Part shown: positions 60,429 through 64,000 of the stretch, in pieces
How positions within the stretch are numbered: position 1 is the first letter of the stretch
How the letters are laid out: each line of letters starts with the position of its first letter
Program-made: the position numbers and the translations under genes
Assembly (NCBI RefSeq): GCF_046105845.1
Contig: NZ_CP151004.1
Reading direction: 5' to 3' (one strand)
From: Escherichia coli
GTDB taxonomy: Bacteria > Pseudomonadota > Gammaproteobacteria > Enterobacterales > Enterobacteriaceae
DNA length: 64,000 nt
The notes under the pieces: generated by a model
Database searches by the model: none
The model's input: the letters and a program-made list of their open reading frames with translations, nothing else
Told to the model about the DNA's origin: nothing

Positions 60429-62441
60429 TTACAACACCTCGCGAACCGAGATCCCCAGCCGCTGCATTCGTGACAGCAGCGTGGTGCGCTTCATCCCTAA
60501 TCGCGTCGCCGCGCCACGTGGCCCGGCAACAATGCCATTGGTTTCTCGCAATACCTGAACAATGCGCTGACGTTCTTCTTCGTCATTCTCTGGCGTCGTC
60601 GGGTGCAGCAACTGCGCCATTGAACTGCGAAGCGCTGAATCTTCATTTAGCGTCGGCAGTAAACGGCTTTGTCGGACATTTAGATGTAAATTCAGACTGT
60701 TACCGCGAGTCAGTAGTACCGCTCGCTCAATCACGTTTTCCAGCTCGCGCACGTTGCCCGGCCAGTCCCACGACATCAACTGGCGTAGCGCCTCGGTCGG
60801 GATGGCGTCAATTGCGCGATTCATATGGCGCGCCATTTTTTGCGTGAAATGCTTTGCTAAAAGAGGGATATCTTCCGGACGGTCGCGCAGTGGCGGCAGT
60901 TCCAGTGGGAAGACATTCAGGCGATAAAAGAGATCGCTGCGAAACTGGCGATCTTCAACCATTTGCCGCAAATCACGGTTGGTGGCGGCAATGACTTTGA
61001 CATTTACCGGGATCGTTCTACTCCCGCCGAGACGCTCAATCTCCCGTTCCTGCAATACGCGCAGCAGTTTAGGCTGAAGTTCTAACGGCAGATCGCCAAT
61101 TTCATCGAGAAACAACGTGCCGCCATCGGCAATTTCAAAACGACCACGATGGGTATTAATCGCACCAGTAAACGCCCCTTTGTCATGACCGAATAACTCA
61201 CTTTCCAGAAGACTGGCGGGGATGGCAGCGCAGTTGATTTTGACCAGCGGCTTGTCGCGTCGCGGGCTAAGTTGATGGATCGCTCTGGCGATCACCTCTT
61301 TGCCGGTTCCGGTTTCACCACAAATCAACACCGTACTGTCGCTCTTCGCCACAATATCTACCTGCTGGAGCAGGTCTTCCATTGCCTGGCTTTGATAGAT
61401 AATGTCACCGACGCCCAGATTCGAAAGGAGCTGCTCGCTAAGCTGGTGGTTTTCTTGCTGCAAGCTTTCCTGCAAATCGGTCATGCTGCGCCAGGCATCG
61501 GCATTGCCAACGGCAATAGCGATGCGATCGGCAATATGTTGTAGTAGTTGGCAGTTTTCCTCACTAAAGAGAGTGGAAGAGGTATGCGCCAGCAACAATG
61601 CACCCGGTGTATGGTTGCCAAAGGTGAGCGGTATAAGGAGCGCAGATTCGCAGCCGTTAGATGCAAGTAAGTGTAATAACGGGTCGCGTTGCCAGAGAAA
61701 CAGATCGTCTGCACGGTGCGTCAAGGTCGGTTGTCGGGTTTGTAGCGTTTGTGTCAGCAATACACTTTCGCCAGGCATACAGCGTGGCAGACACGCACAA
61801 TGTGAGGCAGAAAGATCGCTGCACCACAGGCTGAACTTCTCGTTCTTTCGATGATCGCCCAGTACCATACTGACTGAAGCCAGACCGAAAAAATGATGGA
61901 TCTCACGAGCGACGTCAGCGATCAGATCGTCGAGATCAAGATGTGACAACACTGCATTAGTGATATCCACCAGTACCCGATGATGATCGCGATCTTTCTC
62001 CAGCAAACGCAGCGCCACCTGCTGTTCTTCATCATTGAGCCATGATTGCAGAACCGGAGTGATTATGTGTGCCAGCCAGTTAAACAGTGTGCAATCCTGG
62101 GGAGTAAAACGACTGCCGTGGGTGCGAATAAAGCGTAGCTCCGCCATTCCACTACTGCCGAGAAGGACGGCGTGGCGCGAATAATCGACCATCTCACCCT
62201 GATACTCTGTTGTTGCCGTCACATCGCTGCCATCATCATGGTAGCGGTAATAGAAGTTGCTTTTGAGAACATGCAGTTCAATAAGTTGTACCGGGCTGAA
62301 CGGCGGCGGCAGCGGGATGAAGGCGCGTAATAAAGACGCCTTGCCGTGTTTCTGCGCTAACCGCTCCGCGAGCATTCCGTTTACCGCTTCAATTGTTATT
62401 CCTTGCGGCGGGGCAAACATCGCCTCGTCTGACATAGCCAT
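60429..62441 (-). CDS. hyfR: sigma-54-dependent transcriptional activator of hydrogenase 4 (GAF + AAA+ + HTH)
   Basis: Walker [15 protein letters not shown] sigma-54 contact motif, C-terminal HTH. Confidence 0.92.
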   Translation of the reverse strand: MAMSDEAMFAPPQGITIEAVNGMLAERLAQKHGKASLLRAFIPLPPPFSPVQLIELHVLKSNFYYRYHDDGSDVTATTEYQGEMVDYSRHAVLLGSSGMAELRFIRTHGSRFTPQDCTLFNWLAHIITPVLQSWLNDEEQQVALRLLEKDRDHHRVLVDITNAVLSHLDLDDLIADVAREIHHFFGLASVSMVLGDHRKNEKFSLWCSDLSASHCACLPRCMPGESVLLTQTLQTRQPTLTHRADDLFLWQRDPLLHLLASNGCESALLIPLTFGNHTPGALLLAHTSSTLFSEENCQLLQHIADRIAIAVGNADAWRSMTDLQESLQQENHQLSEQLLSNLGVGDIIYQSQAMEDLLQQVDIVAKSDSTVLICGETGTGKEVIARAIHQLSPRRDKPLVKINCAAIPASLLESELFGHDKGAFTGAINTHRGRFEIADGGTLFLDEIGDLPLELQPKLLRVLQEREIERLGGSRTIPVNVKVIAATNRDLRQMVEDRQFRSDLFYRLNVFPLELPPLRDRPEDIPLLAKHFTQKMARHMNRAIDAIPTEALRQLMSWDWPGNVRELENVIERAVLLTRGNSLNLHLNVRQSRLLPTLNEDSALRSSMAQLLHPTTPENDEEERQRIVQVLRETNGIVAGPRGAATRLGMKRTTLLSRMQRLGISVREVL

Positions 62442-62470
62442 CAACAGTCCTTATTAATGAGAAATCCTTC

Positions 62471-62884
62471 TCACGCAATTTTTCTGGCCATCAGATAGAT
62501 GGCCGGTTCCTGCACAATTTCATCCAACAGATGAATGAATTGAATGCTACGCGCCTGCCACACAGACGTCGCGTCATCCGCCAGTGGCGCGAATGCCCGG
62601 GTCAACAGGGCGGTGTGGCTGGTGTCAATAACAATCTCACCAAAAGTCATCACCCCCAGCATCTTACGTCGGGCTTGCTCCTCTTCGACCAGTGCAAGCC
62701 AATCTTCGTATTCCGTCAGTGGGCAGCGGAAGGCGACATTCAGACAATCAATCACGCCAACGTGATGGCCGATAGCCAACGAGTAATACATTACCTGGGA
62801 GCTGTGTTCCGGCATCTCGTCGCTACTGGCGATAAATTTTTTTCGCAGCGTCCAGAAAACAATTTCCCCGCACGCCTCAGCCAT
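62471..62884 (-). CDS. hyfJ: hydrogenase 4 maturation/assembly protein
   Basis: 137 aa; synteny between hyfI and hyfR. Confidence 0.8.
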   Translation of the reverse strand: MAEACGEIVFWTLRKKFIASSDEMPEHSSQVMYYSLAIGHHVGVIDCLNVAFRCPLTEYEDWLALVEEEQARRKMLGVMTFGEIVIDTSHTALLTRAFAPLADDATSVWQARSIQFIHLLDEIVQEPAIYLMARKIA

Positions 62885-63635
62885 GTAACCCCCGGAGAAC
62901 GCGAAAGAGTTGCTGAACGATACTATTGAGACGCGGATCGTCGGCTTCGCGCAACCAGGTGTTAACCCGATTTCCTGTAGGATCGTCGCTTAAATGGCGC
63001 AGGAGTCGATCGCAAATTTCTCGCCCCTGACGATAGCCCGCCAGCCGCCGCGCTTCTCGCTCAATGGCGATACGCTGTGATGGCGGGATCTGCGGCCACA
63101 GCGGTTGCATGGTCACTCCGGTGGGATCGCGATAATCCACAGCGTGAATCTTCTGTTGCAGCAAACCGAGCGCCACGGCGAAACCGTGAATGGTGGCGGC
63201 CGGTGTTGGCGGGCAGCCGGGGATCCAAACATCAATGGGGACAATGGTGTCGCTACCGCCCCAGACGCTGTAGAGATCGTGGAAAATACCGCCGCCGACA
63301 CCGCACGCGCCGTAGGAAACACAAATTTTATGATCGGGGGCAGACTCATACGCCCGAAGTGCAGGCATACGCATCGCCCGGGTGACTGCGCCAGTAAATA
63401 ACAAAATATCGGCGTGACGCGGTGAAGAAACAACCTTAATGCCAAAACGTTCTGCGTCGAATACGGGTGTGATGGCAGCAAAAATTTCGATTTCACAGGC
63501 GTTGCAGCCGCCGCAATCGACGCGATAAACGTAAGCCGAGCGACGGATATCCTGTAACAAATGCTGCTTCATCTTTTGCGTTTGCTCGTCCAGCGTGATG
63601 GGCTGGCTGACATGTTGCGTAAGCACTGGACTCAT
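62877..63635 (-). CDS. hyfI: hydrogenase 4 small subunit (NuoB-like)
   Basis: 252 aa; NuoB-type Cys motifs (CGGCNACE ... GCPP). Confidence 0.9.
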   Translation of the reverse strand: MSPVLTQHVSQPITLDEQTQKMKQHLLQDIRRSAYVYRVDCGGCNACEIEIFAAITPVFDAERFGIKVVSSPRHADILLFTGAVTRAMRMPALRAYESAPDHKICVSYGACGVGGGIFHDLYSVWGGSDTIVPIDVWIPGCPPTPAATIHGFAVALGLLQQKIHAVDYRDPTGVTMQPLWPQIPPSQRIAIEREARRLAGYRQGREICDRLLRHLSDDPTGNRVNTWLREADDPRLNSIVQQLFRVLRGLHG

Positions 63636-64000
63636 AGCTGCTCCTTAGCCACCAGCGGTTCATCTGTGTCGTCGTTGATCAGCGTCGCGCGTTGTTTGCA
63701 TTCCGGGCAGACGCTCGCTTGCGCCCGTAACATTTCGCGGTTTTGTGGCGCATTTTGTTGCTGTGCCAACAGTTCTGCAGCCAGTGCGACGGTTTTTTGC
63801 GGGGCAAACGGGCGTTCGCAACGGCTGCAACGTTGTAGATGGAACGTCGCGCGGGTATAGAGATCGGCTTTATTGGTGACGGTCAGTTCAAAGTTATTGG
63901 TAAGCTGAATGGCTCTGGTCGGGCACACTTCTTCACAACGTCCGCAGTAAATACAACGCCCCAGATAGAGCTGCCAGGTGCGCGAATTTTGCTGGTCGTC
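63632..64000 (-). CDS. hyfH: hydrogenase 4 ferredoxin-like subunit, C-terminal part (partial, runs off window end)
   Basis: 4Fe-4S ferredoxin-type CxxCxxCxxxCP motifs; 5' end outside window. Confidence 0.8.
   Translation of the reverse strand, partial: DDQQNSRTWQLYLGRCIYCGRCEEVCPTRAIQLTNNFELTVTNKADLYTRATFHLQRCSRCERPFAPQKTVALAAELLAQQQNAPQNREMLRAQASVCPECKQRATLINDDTDEPLVAKEQL

Overview
This window is an Escherichia coli-type chromosomal segment, syntenic (in reverse orientation) with the K-12 hca - isc - sseAB - yfhM/pbpC - ndk - rlmN - rodZ - ispG - hisS - bamB - der - xseA - guaBA - yfgIHG - pdeF - ppx/ppk - purMN - upp/uraA - hda - bepA - perM - focB/hyfR region. Gene names are assigned by recognising the translated ORFs, not by any database search. 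Almost everything is conserved core genome. The one clear accessory element is a ~3.8 kb insertion at the 3' end of guaA (39596-43415). It carries two overlapping co-directional genes: a DUF262-only protein and a DUF262 + DUF1524 (GmrSD-like, His-Me finger nuclease) protein. The islet is bounded by a 15-bp duplication of the guaA 3' end, with the ancestral guaA terminator displaced to its far side. I read this as a candidate two-component, modification-dependent (type IV restriction-like) anti-phage module; I cannot assign it to a named system from sequence alone. A second region worth attention is the long sseB-sseA intergenic spacer (16450-17213). It contains a RyfA-like minus-strand transcript with a small hydrophobic ORF interrupted in frame by stops, plus two tandem paralogous promoter-sRNA-terminator units on the plus strand, one with a 13-nt match to the opposite transcript leader. 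That architecture fits a type I toxin-antitoxin locus. No tRNA, rRNA, CRISPR array, integrase or transposase was found.
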